Of a stretch of DNA of 64,000 bases, positions 50,175 to 60,701 are shown piece by piece. The notes beneath the pieces were generated by a model, which worked only from the letters and a program-made list of their open reading frames with translations, did no database searches and was not told where the DNA came from. Every line of letters starts with the position of its first letter. The first letter of the stretch is position 1. The stretch is taken from positions 1 to 64,000 of the forward strand of contig CAVWLW010000017.1 in assembly GCA_963755715.1 (NCBI GenBank), read 5' to 3'. The position numbers were made by a program, and so were the translations under genes. Source of the DNA: an uncultured delta proteobacterium (lineage in GTDB: Bacteria > Desulfobacterota > Binatia > UBA9968).

Positions 50175-51487
50175 TGGGCTTTGGTCGGAATCAATGTTCC
50201 GACGGTCCGCGTGTCCGTCTTAAGATACTGGCGCGCGACACGGCGAATATCGTCGCCCGTCACTTTTCTGATGCCGTCGAGATAGCCTTCCATCTGCTTC
50301 CAACCGCCGGCGGCTTCGTAGGAGCCGACCTTCATCGCCTGTCCGAAAATCGAATCCTGGGCAAAAACGAAAGCCGCTTCGATCTGGTTTTTGGCTTTCT
50401 GCAATTCACGATCGCTGATCAATTCGGTTTTGATTTTCTCCAGCCCTCGATCGATCTCGCGCTCAAGATTCGTCGGCTCGACGCCGGGAAGAAGTTGCGC
50501 CGTGATCGAAAAACCCATCGGATCGATCGCCACGCCGCTGTAGTCGGCATCGACATTGCGCACCAGGCGCTTTTGATAAACCAGCTCATGATAAAGCCGC
50601 GAGCTCCGCCCGCCCGCCAGCACCACCGACAGCAGATCGAGCGCGAAGCTGTCGGGGCTCTTGAGATTGGGCGTATGATAAAACAGCAGCGTCACCGGCA
50701 GCTCGGCTTCCTTTTTAAAAATCACCCGGCGTTCGCCGCGTTGCTCCTGTTCCTGGGCCAGCACTTTAGGCGGCTCAGCGCCGCGTGGAATCTTGCCGAA
50801 TGCCGCGCGAATTTTCGCCAGGATATCGTCGCTGGAAAAGTCGCCGCAGACAACGATAAAGGCGTTGTTGGGCTCATAGTAGAGCTTATAAAAGTCGACC
50901 AGATCCTGGCGCGTGAGATTTTGGATGTCTTCCATCCAGCCGACCACGGGACGGCGATACGGATGAATCATGAAAGCCACGGCGTTTGCCACTTCACCGA
51001 GCGCCGCTGCCGGATTGTCCTCGGTGCGCAGCCGGCGTTCTTCTTGAATGACTTTCTTTTCCGCCTCAAAGTAAGCTTCGCCCAGCAAGGCGTTGGTCAT
51101 GCGATCGGCTTCGAGCTCGAGTTCGATGCCGATTTTTTCCCGGCTCATGGTCGCAAAGTAAACGGTCACATCCGACGAAGTGAACGCATTCGAGCGTCCG
51201 CCGTTTTTGGCGATGATGCGCGAGTACTCCTCCGGGCCGGTTGTCGGCGTCCCTTTGAACATCATGTGCTCGAGAAAATGCGCCAGACCGCTCTTGCCGT
51301 CTTTTTCATTGCGTCCGCCGACGCGATACCAGACTTGAAAAGTGACCGCCGGACTCTTGTGGTCCTCCAACAAGAGAACTTTGAGACCGTTATCGAGAAC
51401 GAACTCTTGAACCTGGGCGGCGTATGCAGTGGGTCGATGGATAGCCAATAGCAGAAGTGTAACAAGCAGAACCCGGCGATGCCACAT
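50171..51487 (-). CDS. M16 zinc peptidase, catalytic subunit
   Basis: GLAHFLEHMMFKG, NAFT, EERR; overlaps partner gene. Confidence 0.94.
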   Translation of the reverse strand: MWHRRVLLVTLLLLAIHRPTAYAAQVQEFVLDNGLKVLLLEDHKSPAVTFQVWYRVGGRNEKDGKSGLAHFLEHMMFKGTPTTGPEEYSRIIAKNGGRSNAFTSSDVTVYFATMSREKIGIELELEADRMTNALLGEAYFEAEKKVIQEERRLRTEDNPAAALGEVANAVAFMIHPYRRPVVGWMEDIQNLTRQDLVDFYKLYYEPNNAFIVVCGDFSSDDILAKIRAAFGKIPRGAEPPKVLAQEQEQRGERRVIFKKEAELPVTLLFYHTPNLKSPDSFALDLLSVVLAGGRSSRLYHELVYQKRLVRNVDADYSGVAIDPMGFSITAQLLPGVEPTNLEREIDRGLEKIKTELISDRELQKAKNQIEAAFVFAQDSIFGQAMKVGSYEAAGGWKQMEGYLDGIRKVTGDDIRRVARQYLKTDTRTVGTLIPTKAQ

Positions 51488-51524
51488 GATTTGTCAAGTT
51501 AAAGGATGAGAGCTTAAAGTCAAG

Positions 51525-52812
51525 CTAAACGCGCGCCTGCGCGCACGGGCGCCGCGCCAGAAAGATCAGCAGCGCGGCGAGCAGATAACTCAGCAAAAAG
51601 ATCGTGAAGACAGGTCGATAACTGCCGGTAGAATCAAAAACGAATCCAGCCAAGAGCGCGCCAAGACCGAGCCCGCCTTTGTGAAAAGGATCGAGCACGC
51701 TGCTGATGGCGCCGAAAGAGCCGCGCCCGAAGTAGCGGGCAATTAAAATTTGCACAAGCACGCCGGCTCCGCGCGCGTTTAAACCGAAGAGCAAAGCAAA
51801 TAAATAAGCAGCGCCGGCCGTGCTCACTTGCATCAGCAACCCGACCGATGCAGCGGAAACGATCATCGTCGCGACGCTCAAGCGGCGCGGATGGAGACGT
51901 TCAGCGAGCGCGCCCCAGAGCCCATTGCCGAATGCGCCGGAGAGCGCCATCAGGCTAACCGCTCCCGCGGCGATCGTCGGCGCGATCCTAGCATCGGTGA
52001 AATAGGCGGCGGTATGAAATGCCACGAAGCCGGTGCCGATGGCGGCGAGAAACGCGCTGCTCACGAGCAGCCAGAGCGTCGGGCTGCGCACCGCCTCAGC
52101 ACGACTCCAACTCCGCTCCGCGGTGGCGCTCCCGAGCGCTGTAGATGTCCATCGATTCACTCCGCCGATTCGGCGGCGCGGCAAGTCCGTCGGGATACAG
52201 GCCCAGATCTTCCGGCTGGCGGCGCAAAAAAATGAGTCCCGGAATAACCACAAACACCCACAGGGCAACACCCAAAGCCAGAAACGCGCTGCGCCAACCG
52301 TAATGCAGAACGAAAAATTGATAAACCAGCGACAGGACCGCTGATCCAAGCGGCGTCGACATGGCGACCAAGCCCATTACGCGCGGCCGTTTTAGATAGA
52401 ACCAATTGGCCGCGGTGGTGAAGGCGATCATGCCGCACAAAAGGAACTCGGTCAGCGCTCGCGCGGGCACAAAAGTCACGTAAAACTGCCACGGCTCCGT
52501 GCTGAGACTCACACCGAAAGCGAGCAGGCCGACCAAGGCACCGCCCGCCGGCAAGAGAAGACGCGGCCCTAAGCGGTCCGCGATCGGCCCAAACAGTGGC
52601 GACAGCAGACCGCCGAGACAGGCTCCGAGCGTAATCGCCGCCGCCGTCAACGTCCGGCTCCAACCCAAGTCTTCGCTGATCGGCTTGAGCACCACCGCCA
52701 TGGTGATATTGCTGACCCCGGCGGCTAAAAAACCCGCCACCATCGTGATTGCGACGATCAGCCACCCATAAAAGAATGGCAGGATCACGCATCGCCCTTC
52801 GATCGGGGACAA
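51525..52812 (-). CDS. MFS transporter (OFA-like; indel near 52130)
   Basis: FFYGW, GWSR, GPIADRLGPR, NWF.KRP, YFGRGSFG, GFVFDSTGSY across two ORFs. Confidence 0.88.
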
Positions 52813-53037
52813 TTCACGATTGGCGGTTCTTTCATCGGGTCAATGTCATGGAGTCGATGAGTTCATTCGTGGAGCGTCACGACTGGCGTCGCAATATTTT
52901 TCAGGTTCAAAAGAGTCGGGCCAGAGACGAAAATAGATTTGAGTCGCGTTGCCAAGAACGATGGCAAGTTAATTGGAGACTCGCCGGGTCGCTTCACTGC
53001 GCCGTTGCCGCGATTCTGCGCCGTTAAACCACTTCGT

Positions 53038-53253
53038 TTAATTTAAAAACAAGCGCGCGTAGGTTTCGATCCCCAAGCCGACCAATACCAATCCAAGGCC
53101 GCGGATAAACGCTTTCAGCGCCGGATTTTCAGGTTCGCGGCCGATCATCTTGAGCTCCGGCCGGTCCTTGTAGTCGCGCATCAAGTTCATCGAGCTTTTC
53201 ATCCAGATCGCGCCGATCAGGCCAATAACGAATCCCGCGCCTTCGAGGTCCAT
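53038..53253 (-). CDS. Small two-TM hypothetical protein
   Basis: 71 aa with two hydrophobic segments; AGGAGAGGAG RBS. Confidence 0.65.
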   Translation of the reverse strand: MDLEGAGFVIGLIGAIWMKSSMNLMRDYKDRPELKMIGREPENPALKAFIRGLGLVLVGLGIETYARLFLN

Positions 53254-53269
53254 CCGTCGACTCCTCTCC

Positions 53270-53716
53270 TTAAGTTTTTCTTGGATCGATTTGGCTTAGG
53301 TTTGCCGCCGACAAATGGGCGAGCTCATGGCCGTGCTCTTCCCAATTCATGCCGTCGAACGGACTTATTCTAATCTCCTTGACCGTGCCGGGTTCGAGAC
53401 AGCGCACGTTGATGCTGTAGCCGTCGGGGTTGGAGCGCGGCACATAAAAGGATTTGATGCCGCAAATTTTACAAAAGAGATGCTTGGCGACGCCGGTGTT
53501 GAATTTATATTCGGCGAGGAACTCAGAACCTTGCAATAGCGTAAACCGGTCCTTAGGAACGATCAGATGAAGAAATCCGCTTTTGCGGCAAATCGAGCAG
53601 TTGCACTCAGTGGCTTCGATGTCGGCGGGTGCCGCAACGGCAAAACGCACTCGGCCGCAGTGGCACCCGCCGCGATGTTCGACGAGTGATTCGTGTGCTT
53701 GAGCCAAGCCGGTCAA
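53270..53716 (-). CDS. GFA/CENP-V family protein
   Basis: GGCHCG, CNCSIC, FCKICG, PRSNP. Confidence 0.92.
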   Translation of the reverse strand: MTGLAQAHESLVEHRGGCHCGRVRFAVAAPADIEATECNCSICRKSGFLHLIVPKDRFTLLQGSEFLAEYKFNTGVAKHLFCKICGIKSFYVPRSNPDGYSINVRCLEPGTVKEIRISPFDGMNWEEHGHELAHLSAANLSQIDPRKT

Positions 53717-53720
53717 GATA

Positions 53721-54740
53721 CTACGCGGCCTCTTCCAGTTGCTTGGTATAACTGCCGGAGCGCGCGGCGCTGTTCATTTTAGCGCGATGATAGAAGATCT
53801 TTTGTGCGGCGGCGACGTTGCCAGCCTCTCCTTTCCACGCTTTGAGCGCCGGATCTTGCAGCGCGCGCGCATAGGAAAAGCTCACTTGCCAAGGCAGCGG
53901 GCCCGACTTGTTCATCGCATTCAAGTGCTCGGTCGCGCTCACCGCGCTTTGACCACCGGAGAGGAAAGCGATGCCCGGCACGGCGGCCGGCACCGTGCGC
54001 TTCAGGCATTGGATCGTTCGCTGGGCGACCTCGTCAGGTCCGGCTTGTCTCGGATTGTCCTTGCCGGAAACGACCATGCTCGGCTTGAGGATCATTCCTT
54101 CGAGATGCACTCGATGCAAATAAAGCGCCGTGAAAGTGACTTTGAGAGTGTGCTCCGTCACTTCCTGGCAGCGTTCGATCGTATGATTGCCGTCGAGCAA
54201 AACTTCCGGCTCGACGATCGGCACGATGCCGCCCTCCTGACACAGCGCAGCGTAGCGCGCCAGCGCTTCCGCGTTGGCCGACAGACACGTATAAGTTGGA
54301 ATGCCGTCGCCGATCGTGATCACGGCGCGCCACTTGGCAAACTTGGCGCCGAGCTCTTTGTACTCTTTGACGCGCGCACGCAAACCATCTAGTCCTTCAG
54401 TGACGGTCTCTCCCGGAAAAAAAGGAATGTCGACGGGCCCCTTGTCGACTTTGATGCCCGGCATGATCCCCTTCTTGGACAATAACTCGGGAAACGGCGT
54501 GCCATCGCTCGCCTTGGTGCGCAAAGTCTCGTCGAACAGAATCACGCCGCTGATCGCTTCCTCGATACCTTTAGTAGTAAATAGCATTTCGCGGTAGGCA
54601 CGGCGGTTGTTTTCGCTCGATTCTATTTTAATGCTGTCGAAGCGCCGCTTGATCGTTCCCATGCTCTCGTCGGCCGCCAATATCCCTTTGCCTTTGGCCA
54701 CCATCGCTTGCGCGATCGATTCGAGTTCTTGCTTGGACAT
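53721..54740 (-). CDS. Class I fructose-bisphosphate aldolase (eukaryote-type)
   Basis: GKGILAADES, GIKVDKG, FAKWR, VPIVEPE, LKPSM, FLSGGQS, FSYARALQ. Confidence 0.96.
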   Translation of the reverse strand: MSKQELESIAQAMVAKGKGILAADESMGTIKRRFDSIKIESSENNRRAYREMLFTTKGIEEAISGVILFDETLRTKASDGTPFPELLSKKGIMPGIKVDKGPVDIPFFPGETVTEGLDGLRARVKEYKELGAKFAKWRAVITIGDGIPTYTCLSANAEALARYAALCQEGGIVPIVEPEVLLDGNHTIERCQEVTEHTLKVTFTALYLHRVHLEGMILKPSMVVSGKDNPRQAGPDEVAQRTIQCLKRTVPAAVPGIAFLSGGQSAVSATEHLNAMNKSGPLPWQVSFSYARALQDPALKAWKGEAGNVAAAQKIFYHRAKMNSAARSGSYTKQLEEAA

Positions 54741-54870
54741 GGAGATCGTTCCTCCTTTGAATATGAATTATTTCGCGAGCCCATCTTTGCATTCCACTCA
54801 AACCATAGCAAGCTTTTAGCGGCGACCGCCATTGTCTCACCCGGTCTGCTTTGATAGCTTGAAATTCATT

Positions 54871-55209
54871 ATGGTGAACCTACTTCTCCACTGGTTTATC
54901 AGCACCGCGAGTCTGCTGATCGTCGCCTATATTTTTCCCGGCATCGAGGTGCGCGGTTTCGGCACCGCACTCCTCGCTCCGATCGTCATCGGCCTCGTCA
55001 ACGCGACCATCGGATTCATTCTCAAGATCCTTACCCTGCCGCTCACGCTTCTCACGCTGGGGCTTTTTTGGTTGGTGATTAATGCGCTGATGCTTCAGTT
55101 CGCCGCCATGCTCGTGCCGGGATTTTACATCGCCAGCTTTTGGTCGGCTTTTTTCGGCGCCATCGTATTGAGCCTCGTCAGCACAATCTTGAACTCACTG
55201 ATTGCGTGA
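54871..55209 (+). CDS. YvlD-like 4-TM membrane protein (phage holin 4-TMS family)
   Basis: GLVNA...ILTLPLTLLTLGLFWLVINA...FWSAFFGAIVLS. Confidence 0.88.
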   Translation: MVNLLLHWFISTASLLIVAYIFPGIEVRGFGTALLAPIVIGLVNATIGFILKILTLPLTLLTLGLFWLVINALMLQFAAMLVPGFYIASFWSAFFGAIVLSLVSTILNSLIA

Positions 55210-55217
55210 TCCGAAGC

Positions 55218-56102
55218 TCATTTTTCCGGCAAGCCCATCGCCTCGGTCCAATAACTCGCGTCGTAGAATTTTTCCGGCGGCGCAAAGGGCGGTTGGTACA
55301 CGCCCATTTCTTTGCGCAGCTCGATCACGCCTTGTAGCGCCGCCGGATTGATCCGCGCTTTCGGCACGACTTTGCCGTAGGCATTTTCGGCGGCGGCGCG
55401 ACTCAGTTTTTCTTTTTCCATCATCAGGGCGATCGTCTCGTCGCGGTTTTCGGAACGGAGCAACCAGTCGGTGGCGGCAACCCAGGCGCGGATGAAGCGC
55501 ACGGTGAGCGCGCGATGCTCCAATAACCAGCGGCGCAGCCCCCAGCCGCAGGTCAACGGCCAGCCCGGCACGTAGTCTTCCGAATTCGCCAGCAGCACGC
55601 CGCCGGCCGCCAACGCCTTATCGGATGCCGGCGGCGTCAGCATGGCCGCGGCCACCCGTCCTTGCAAAAAAGCTTCGAGCCGCACCGGCGAGCTGCCGAT
55701 GATTTCGATATCGTAATCGGTGTCGTCCATGCCGTGGGTGCGGAGAATTTTCTTGCGGATGAGATCGAGATTGGAATCACCGGGATCGCCGGCCAACAAT
55801 TTGCCGCGCAGTTTATCAATGGAATCCACGCCCGGCTGGCCGATCAGATAGGCGCTCAGCCCCTCTTCGGCCTGCATGAAAAGCAGGTAATCGACGCCGT
55901 CGGTGGTCGTGCGCGCGATCATGGTGTCGGCGCTGCTCAAGGTAAAATCCCAGCGCCCTTCGGCCATGCCTTTGTTGTGGTCCGGTGCGTAGGTCGTCTC
56001 GTGAAAGCGCACTTGCAGATTTTCTTGAGTAAAAAATCCTTTGTGCTCGGCCACGACATGGGGAATCCGCCGGAGATAGCCGGTAATATTCAGGACGTCC
56101 AT
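55218..56102 (-). CDS. NMT1-like substrate-binding protein without obvious signal peptide
   Basis: KGFFTQENL, LRGKLLA, AAMLTPP, YDASY. Confidence 0.8.
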   Translation of the reverse strand: MDVLNITGYLRRIPHVVAEHKGFFTQENLQVRFHETTYAPDHNKGMAEGRWDFTLSSADTMIARTTTDGVDYLLFMQAEEGLSAYLIGQPGVDSIDKLRGKLLAGDPGDSNLDLIRKKILRTHGMDDTDYDIEIIGSSPVRLEAFLQGRVAAAMLTPPASDKALAAGGVLLANSEDYVPGWPLTCGWGLRRWLLEHRALTVRFIRAWVAATDWLLRSENRDETIALMMEKEKLSRAAAENAYGKVVPKARINPAALQGVIELRKEMGVYQPPFAPPEKFYDASYWTEAMGLPEK

Positions 56103-56219
56103 GGAACCTCCTCCGTGCGATTCTTCTATCGCCTCAAGCCGCGCACCTCAAGCCAGCGTTGTTGGCTTCATGAAAAGATCCATGTAGAAATTGATTCAAA
56201 AACATTCGAGGATCTCGCC

Positions 56220-56921
56220 ATGAAACTCAAAGACAAAGTCGCGGTCATCACCGGCGGCGGCCGAGGCATCGGCAAGGCAATCGCTCTGCATTACGCACGC
56301 GAAGGCGCCAAGCTCGCTCTGTGCGCGCGCACGAGCACGGAGCTGGATCAAACGGTCGGCGAGATCCGCGCGCTGAAAACGGAAGCCGAGGGCTGGACTT
56401 GCGACGTTTCCATGGAAGATTCCGCCCGAGAGTTTATCGCCAACGCGTCTAAAAAATTCGGACGCATTGACGTGCTCGTCAACAACGCCGGCGTGATGAC
56501 GCGCCCGGCGCCTATGAACGAGCTGGATGTGAAAAAATGGGATTACACCATCGCCGTCAATCTGCGTGGACCGTTTCTGATAACCCAGGCTGTGCTGCCA
56601 ATCATGATAAAACAGAAAAGCGGCTCGATCATCAACGTCTCATCCTCGATCGGGCGCGGCGCCTACGCGAATTTCATCGCCTACGCGACATCAAAATGGG
56701 GACTGGAAGGATTCACCCAGAATCTCGCGGCGGAACTTCGATCGAGTCATATTCTGGTCAATTCCGTCGAGCCCGGCTACGTCGCCACCAAGCTCACCGG
56801 CTTTCACGGCAGCAAGCCTGAATCGGTGACCGATGTATTCGTCTATCTCGCCTCGGATGAAGCCAAAGGAATCACGGGCAAGATGCTCAGCTCGTCCGGC
56901 TGGAAGTCGCAAATAAAATAG
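56220..56921 (+). CDS. Classical SDR oxidoreductase
   Basis: TGGGRGIG, VNNAG, NVSS, YATSK; ATG at 56220. Confidence 0.93.
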   Translation: MKLKDKVAVITGGGRGIGKAIALHYAREGAKLALCARTSTELDQTVGEIRALKTEAEGWTCDVSMEDSAREFIANASKKFGRIDVLVNNAGVMTRPAPMNELDVKKWDYTIAVNLRGPFLITQAVLPIMIKQKSGSIINVSSSIGRGAYANFIAYATSKWGLEGFTQNLAAELRSSHILVNSVEPGYVATKLTGFHGSKPESVTDVFVYLASDEAKGITGKMLSSSGWKSQIK

Positions 56922-56971
56922 TTCCGCGCCGGCAGGTTCACAGCGCGCTCGTTGTCATGTCTGGAAAAAGA

Positions 56972-57205
56972 TTAGATTCCCAGCAGCTCGATAATTTTAG
57001 CTTGATCGAAACCGACCACCGATTGGCCATCGATGATCGTTACCGGCGTGCTTTGAAAGCCCTGATCGAGCAATTCCTTCAAAGCCGCTTTATCCGCGCG
57101 CACGTTTTTCTCGACAAACTCAACGCCCTTTTGAGATAGAAACTCCACCTCTTTATGACAAGGCCCTCAGCCGGGTTGGGTGTAGACGATCACCGATTTA
57201 GCCAT
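56972..57205 (-). CDS. Selenocysteine-containing glutaredoxin/NrdH-like protein (UxxC)
   Basis: Manual translation MAKSVIVYTQPG-U-GPCHKEVEFLSQKGVEFVEKNV...QSTPVTIIDGQSVVGFDQAKIIELLGI (77 aa); in-frame TGA at 57167-57169; GGAGG RBS. Confidence 0.88.
57123..57166 (-). promoter_or_regulatory. Candidate bacterial SECIS hairpin
   Basis: mRNA 3' of UGA: GAGGUGG-AGUUU-CUAUCUC stem starting 16 nt downstream, with possible outer pairing GCCUU/AGGGC. Confidence 0.55.
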
Positions 57206-57370
57206 ACTTCCGACCTCCACGAAAAATCGCACGATAACACGTGGCAAAATACCACTTCCTAAAGTGGCGTGCAAAACTGGCTCGTTTCATCTGCAAGCCA
57301 CTCAATAGAACCAATTTTAGCCCATGACCTTCACCAGCAGCCGACAACCATGCTAGTCTAAGTTTGCCAT

Positions 57371-59227
57371 ATGTCGCCCAAATCCCGAAGCCGATTTTCC
57401 CTGAGACATTGGTTGGCAGTCAGCGTCGCGCTCGCAACGATTGCCGGCGCGCTGACGGCCTGGACTCGCGAAGCCAATCTCGTAGTGCCGAGCGCGACCG
57501 ACGAGCTGTTGCGCCATGTGAAGTTTTTATCCGCCGCGGAGCTCACCGGCCGGGGCGTCGATACGCCGGGGATTAAACTCGCCAGGGATTACATCGCGGC
57601 CGAGTTCGCCAAGTCCGGTCTAAAGCCCGGCGGCGACAACGGCAGCTTCTTGCAAGGCTTCGATGTCGCAGTCGGCGTTAGCGTAACAGAACCGAGCAGC
57701 CTCGCTCTCGGCAGTAACCGGCCCCTGGAATTGAATACACAATGGATCCCGTTAGGTTTATCAACCTCCGACAAAGTCCAAGCCCCAATGGTTTTCGCGG
57801 GCTACGGCATCACGGCGAAAGAATCCGGATACGATGACTACGCCGGCACCGACGTCAAAGGAAAAATCGTCCTGGTCTTGCGCTACGAACCGCCGCCCAA
57901 GAGCGACGCCAGCCCCTTTAGAAAATTTCCCAATTATTCGAGTCATGCGGCGCTGCGCAGCAAAGCGAACAACGCACGCGCGCATGGCGCGGTGGGCATG
58001 ATTCTCGTGGATCTAAACAATTCGGGTGACGAAAAAACGGAGCTGTTATCGACCCGGAGTAGCTTATGGCGCGGCGGCAACAGTCTGGTCGCCGCCCAAA
58101 TAAAGCGCCAGGTCGTGGAAGAATGGCTTGGCGCGCGCGGCGTCTCCCTTCGAGCGCTGAAGGAGGAAATCGACGCGAACGAGAAACCGGCCTCTAAGTC
58201 CATTTCCGACGGCATCGTGAGCCTGCAAGTGAGTTTGCGGGAAGATCGCCAGAGGGCGGAAAATATCGTCGGCATTCTCCCCGGCGCCGACGCCGCGCTG
58301 GCACAAGAAAATATCGTCATCGGCGCGCACTACGATCATCTCGGCGAGGGCCATTTCGGCACCCGAGGACCGGGCACCGAAGGACAGATTCATCCGGGCG
58401 CCGACGACAACGCTTCGGGAACCGCCGTGCTGCTCGATCTGGCGCGCCGGATGCGCCGCCTGCCGACCCAGCCGGCGCGCACGGTTGTGTTTGTGGCCTT
58501 CTCGGCCGAAGAGCTTGGCCTGTACGGCTCACGCGCCTTTGCCGATCGCAGTCCGCTGACAAAGGCGACGAAGGCGATGCTCAATCTAGACATGGTTGGA
58601 CGTTTGCAGGAGAACCGTTTAACGGTGTTCGGCACACGCTCGAGCACCGACTTTAGCGGTTTGGTGTCGGCCAACGCAGCCCAACTTGGGCTCACGATCA
58701 GGGAATCGGACGACGTCGGCCGAAGCGACCACATGTCGTTTTATCGGAAAAAAATTCCCGTGCTTCATTTCTTTACCGGCGTCCACGACGATTATCACCG
58801 GCCGACCGATACCTGGGAAAAACTCAATATCGACGGCATGGCTAAGGTGAGCGATCTGGTCCTGCTGACTGCGCTTCACCTTGCCGATGCCCAACAGCCG
58901 ATTGGATTCGTCAGCTTGCCTTCGCGCCCGCCGGAGGGCGGCATCGCGGGCGGACAAGAAATTCGTGCCTATCTCGGAACTATTCCGGAATATGGCATCG
59001 CCACCGAAGGGGTGCGGCTCGCCGGCGTCTCCAGTGGTAGTCCGGCCGCACGCGCGGGCTTGCGGGAGGGTGACGTGATTATCCGTTTAGCCGAAAAAAA
59101 GATCCAAAACATCGAAGACCTGACCGACGCGCTGAGCGCCCGCAAAGCCGGCGACGAGGTAGAGGTGGTGGTTTTGCGGAGCGGCAAGCCGCTCACGTTG
59201 AAAGCGACGTTGAGCAGCCGGGGATAA
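57371..59227 (+). CDS. M28 aminopeptidase with PA and PDZ domains
   Basis: VFAGYGI, GAHYDHLG, GADDNASG, AEELGLYGS, NLDMVG, SDH, DYHRPTD; C-terminal SPAARAGLREGDVI. Confidence 0.93.
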   Translation: MSPKSRSRFSLRHWLAVSVALATIAGALTAWTREANLVVPSATDELLRHVKFLSAAELTGRGVDTPGIKLARDYIAAEFAKSGLKPGGDNGSFLQGFDVAVGVSVTEPSSLALGSNRPLELNTQWIPLGLSTSDKVQAPMVFAGYGITAKESGYDDYAGTDVKGKIVLVLRYEPPPKSDASPFRKFPNYSSHAALRSKANNARAHGAVGMILVDLNNSGDEKTELLSTRSSLWRGGNSLVAAQIKRQVVEEWLGARGVSLRALKEEIDANEKPASKSISDGIVSLQVSLREDRQRAENIVGILPGADAALAQENIVIGAHYDHLGEGHFGTRGPGTEGQIHPGADDNASGTAVLLDLARRMRRLPTQPARTVVFVAFSAEELGLYGSRAFADRSPLTKATKAMLNLDMVGRLQENRLTVFGTRSSTDFSGLVSANAAQLGLTIRESDDVGRSDHMSFYRKKIPVLHFFTGVHDDYHRPTDTWEKLNIDGMAKVSDLVLLTALHLADAQQPIGFVSLPSRPPEGGIAGGQEIRAYLGTIPEYGIATEGVRLAGVSSGSPAARAGLREGDVIIRLAEKKIQNIEDLTDALSARKAGDEVEVVVLRSGKPLTLKATLSSRG

Positions 59228-59367
59228 TGATTTTTTTTGATTCGGGGCTTCGCCGCGACGGCAAAAAGCAGCTCCAACTCCCCGAAAATTGGAAATAATG
59301 CTCGCAGCTAACACAGTGTTTATGTTAAGGTAGATCAAGTGGTGAAGGTTAAGGAGGATAGCCGTCG

Positions 59368-59976
59368 ATGATCAAGCTGTATACGTTTCCGCCCTCGACT
59401 AACTCTCGCAAGGTTCGGATCGCTCTCTTAGAAAAAGGGCTTGAGTTCCAGCGGATCAACGTCGATCTTTCCAAAAGGGAACAGAAAAATCCCGAATATC
59501 TCAAAATTCATCCCTTCGGCCAAGTTCCGGCATTGGATGATGAAGGATTCATCATTTACGACTCGACGGTGATCAATGAATATCTCGAAGATGAATATCC
59601 CTATCCGTCATTAATGCCCAAAGACTCCGAAGGTCGGGCGCGGGCGCGGCTCATGGAAGATTTTCGCGACACTCACTTTAATGTCTCCTGTGTTCACATC
59701 ATGCAGGAAATGCGCAAGCCCGAGGGAGAACGCGATGGGCAGCGGATCGACAATGCCAGAGCAGCGATCATCCAAGCATTCGACAGGATCGAGACCGAGC
59801 TCAACGGCAACGAATACTTGGCGGGCTCCTTCAGTCTCGCCGACATCGCCTTCATGGCCAACCTCGAATTGTTGGAGCGATTTGCTATCCCGGTCGATGC
59901 CGGCAAATACAGCCAAACCGCCGCCTGGATCAACCGGCTCAAGGCCCGGCCCAGCTTCGCCGCTTCCGCGACGTAG
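59368..59976 (+). CDS. Glutathione S-transferase family protein
   Basis: STNSRKVRIAL, HPFGQVPAL, DSTVINEYL, FSLADI. Confidence 0.93.
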   Translation: MIKLYTFPPSTNSRKVRIALLEKGLEFQRINVDLSKREQKNPEYLKIHPFGQVPALDDEGFIIYDSTVINEYLEDEYPYPSLMPKDSEGRARARLMEDFRDTHFNVSCVHIMQEMRKPEGERDGQRIDNARAAIIQAFDRIETELNGNEYLAGSFSLADIAFMANLELLERFAIPVDAGKYSQTAAWINRLKARPSFAASAT

Positions 59977-59985
59977 ATCGGCCGG

Positions 59986-60699
59986 ATGTCCAGGAGTCTG
60001 ATCCTCGCCTGGCTCGTCCATCTTTATACCGCCCTCGGCGCCATCGTCGGCTTCTTTAGTATCCTCGCTATCGAACAAGGTTCTTTTCGCGAAGCGTTTT
60101 TTTTGATGGCGCTCACAGTCGTCATCGATGCGACCGATGGCACCTTGGCCCGCGCCGCTCGCGTGAAGGAAGTGATTCCCTGGTTCGACGGCAACCTGCT
60201 CGATGAGATCGTCGATTATTTGAATTTCGTCATCGCTCCGTGCTTTTTTCTGGTGCATGCCGGCCTCTTGCCGCCCCAGGACTCGCTTTGGCTGGCCGCC
60301 CTGCCGCTGGTCGCGAGCGCTTACGGCTTCTGCCGGACGGACGCTAAAACCGCCGATAATTTTTTTCTCGGCTTTCCTTCGTATTGGAATATCGTCGTCT
60401 TCTATCTCTACGTGCTCCAGGCGCCGCTCTGGGTCAACGCTTTTCTGATCATCGCTTTGTCCATCCTGGTGTTTGTTCCGATCAAGTTTATTTACCCGAG
60501 CCGCAGTCCGCGTTTTCGCGCGTCGATAAATATCTTGGGCGCGGTCTGGGGCGTCGCCGTTCTGTATATGATTTATCGGCTGCCGCACGGCGATCGGACG
60601 CTCGCGTTTGCCTCACTGTTCTTTCCAGCTTACTATACGGCGCTATCGCTTTGGCTCGAGTTTCGTCGACTGACGACTCAATCATCGCCGCGAGGTTGA
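59986..60699 (+). CDS. pcs: Phosphatidylcholine synthase-like CDP-alcohol phosphatidyltransferase
   Basis: VHLYTALG, DATDGTLAR, FDGNLLDEIVDY, FLGFPSYWN. Confidence 0.8.
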   Translation: MSRSLILAWLVHLYTALGAIVGFFSILAIEQGSFREAFFLMALTVVIDATDGTLARAARVKEVIPWFDGNLLDEIVDYLNFVIAPCFFLVHAGLLPPQDSLWLAALPLVASAYGFCRTDAKTADNFFLGFPSYWNIVVFYLYVLQAPLWVNAFLIIALSILVFVPIKFIYPSRSPRFRASINILGAVWGVAVLYMIYRLPHGDRTLAFASLFFPAYYTALSLWLEFRRLTTQSSPRG

Positions 60700-60701
60700 T
60701 C

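Noticed and set aside
50174-51451. Long antisense ORFs (425 aa here; also 10529..11653 and 35521..36603)
   Set aside because: Shadows of well-supported genes on the opposite strand, common in GC-rich DNA.
54871-55209. Holin partnering the muramidase
   Set aside because: 52 kb away among housekeeping genes; YvlD-like proteins are common chromosomal membrane proteins.
56957-57139. 60 aa plus-strand ORF
   Set aside because: Antisense shadow of the Sec-glutaredoxin.
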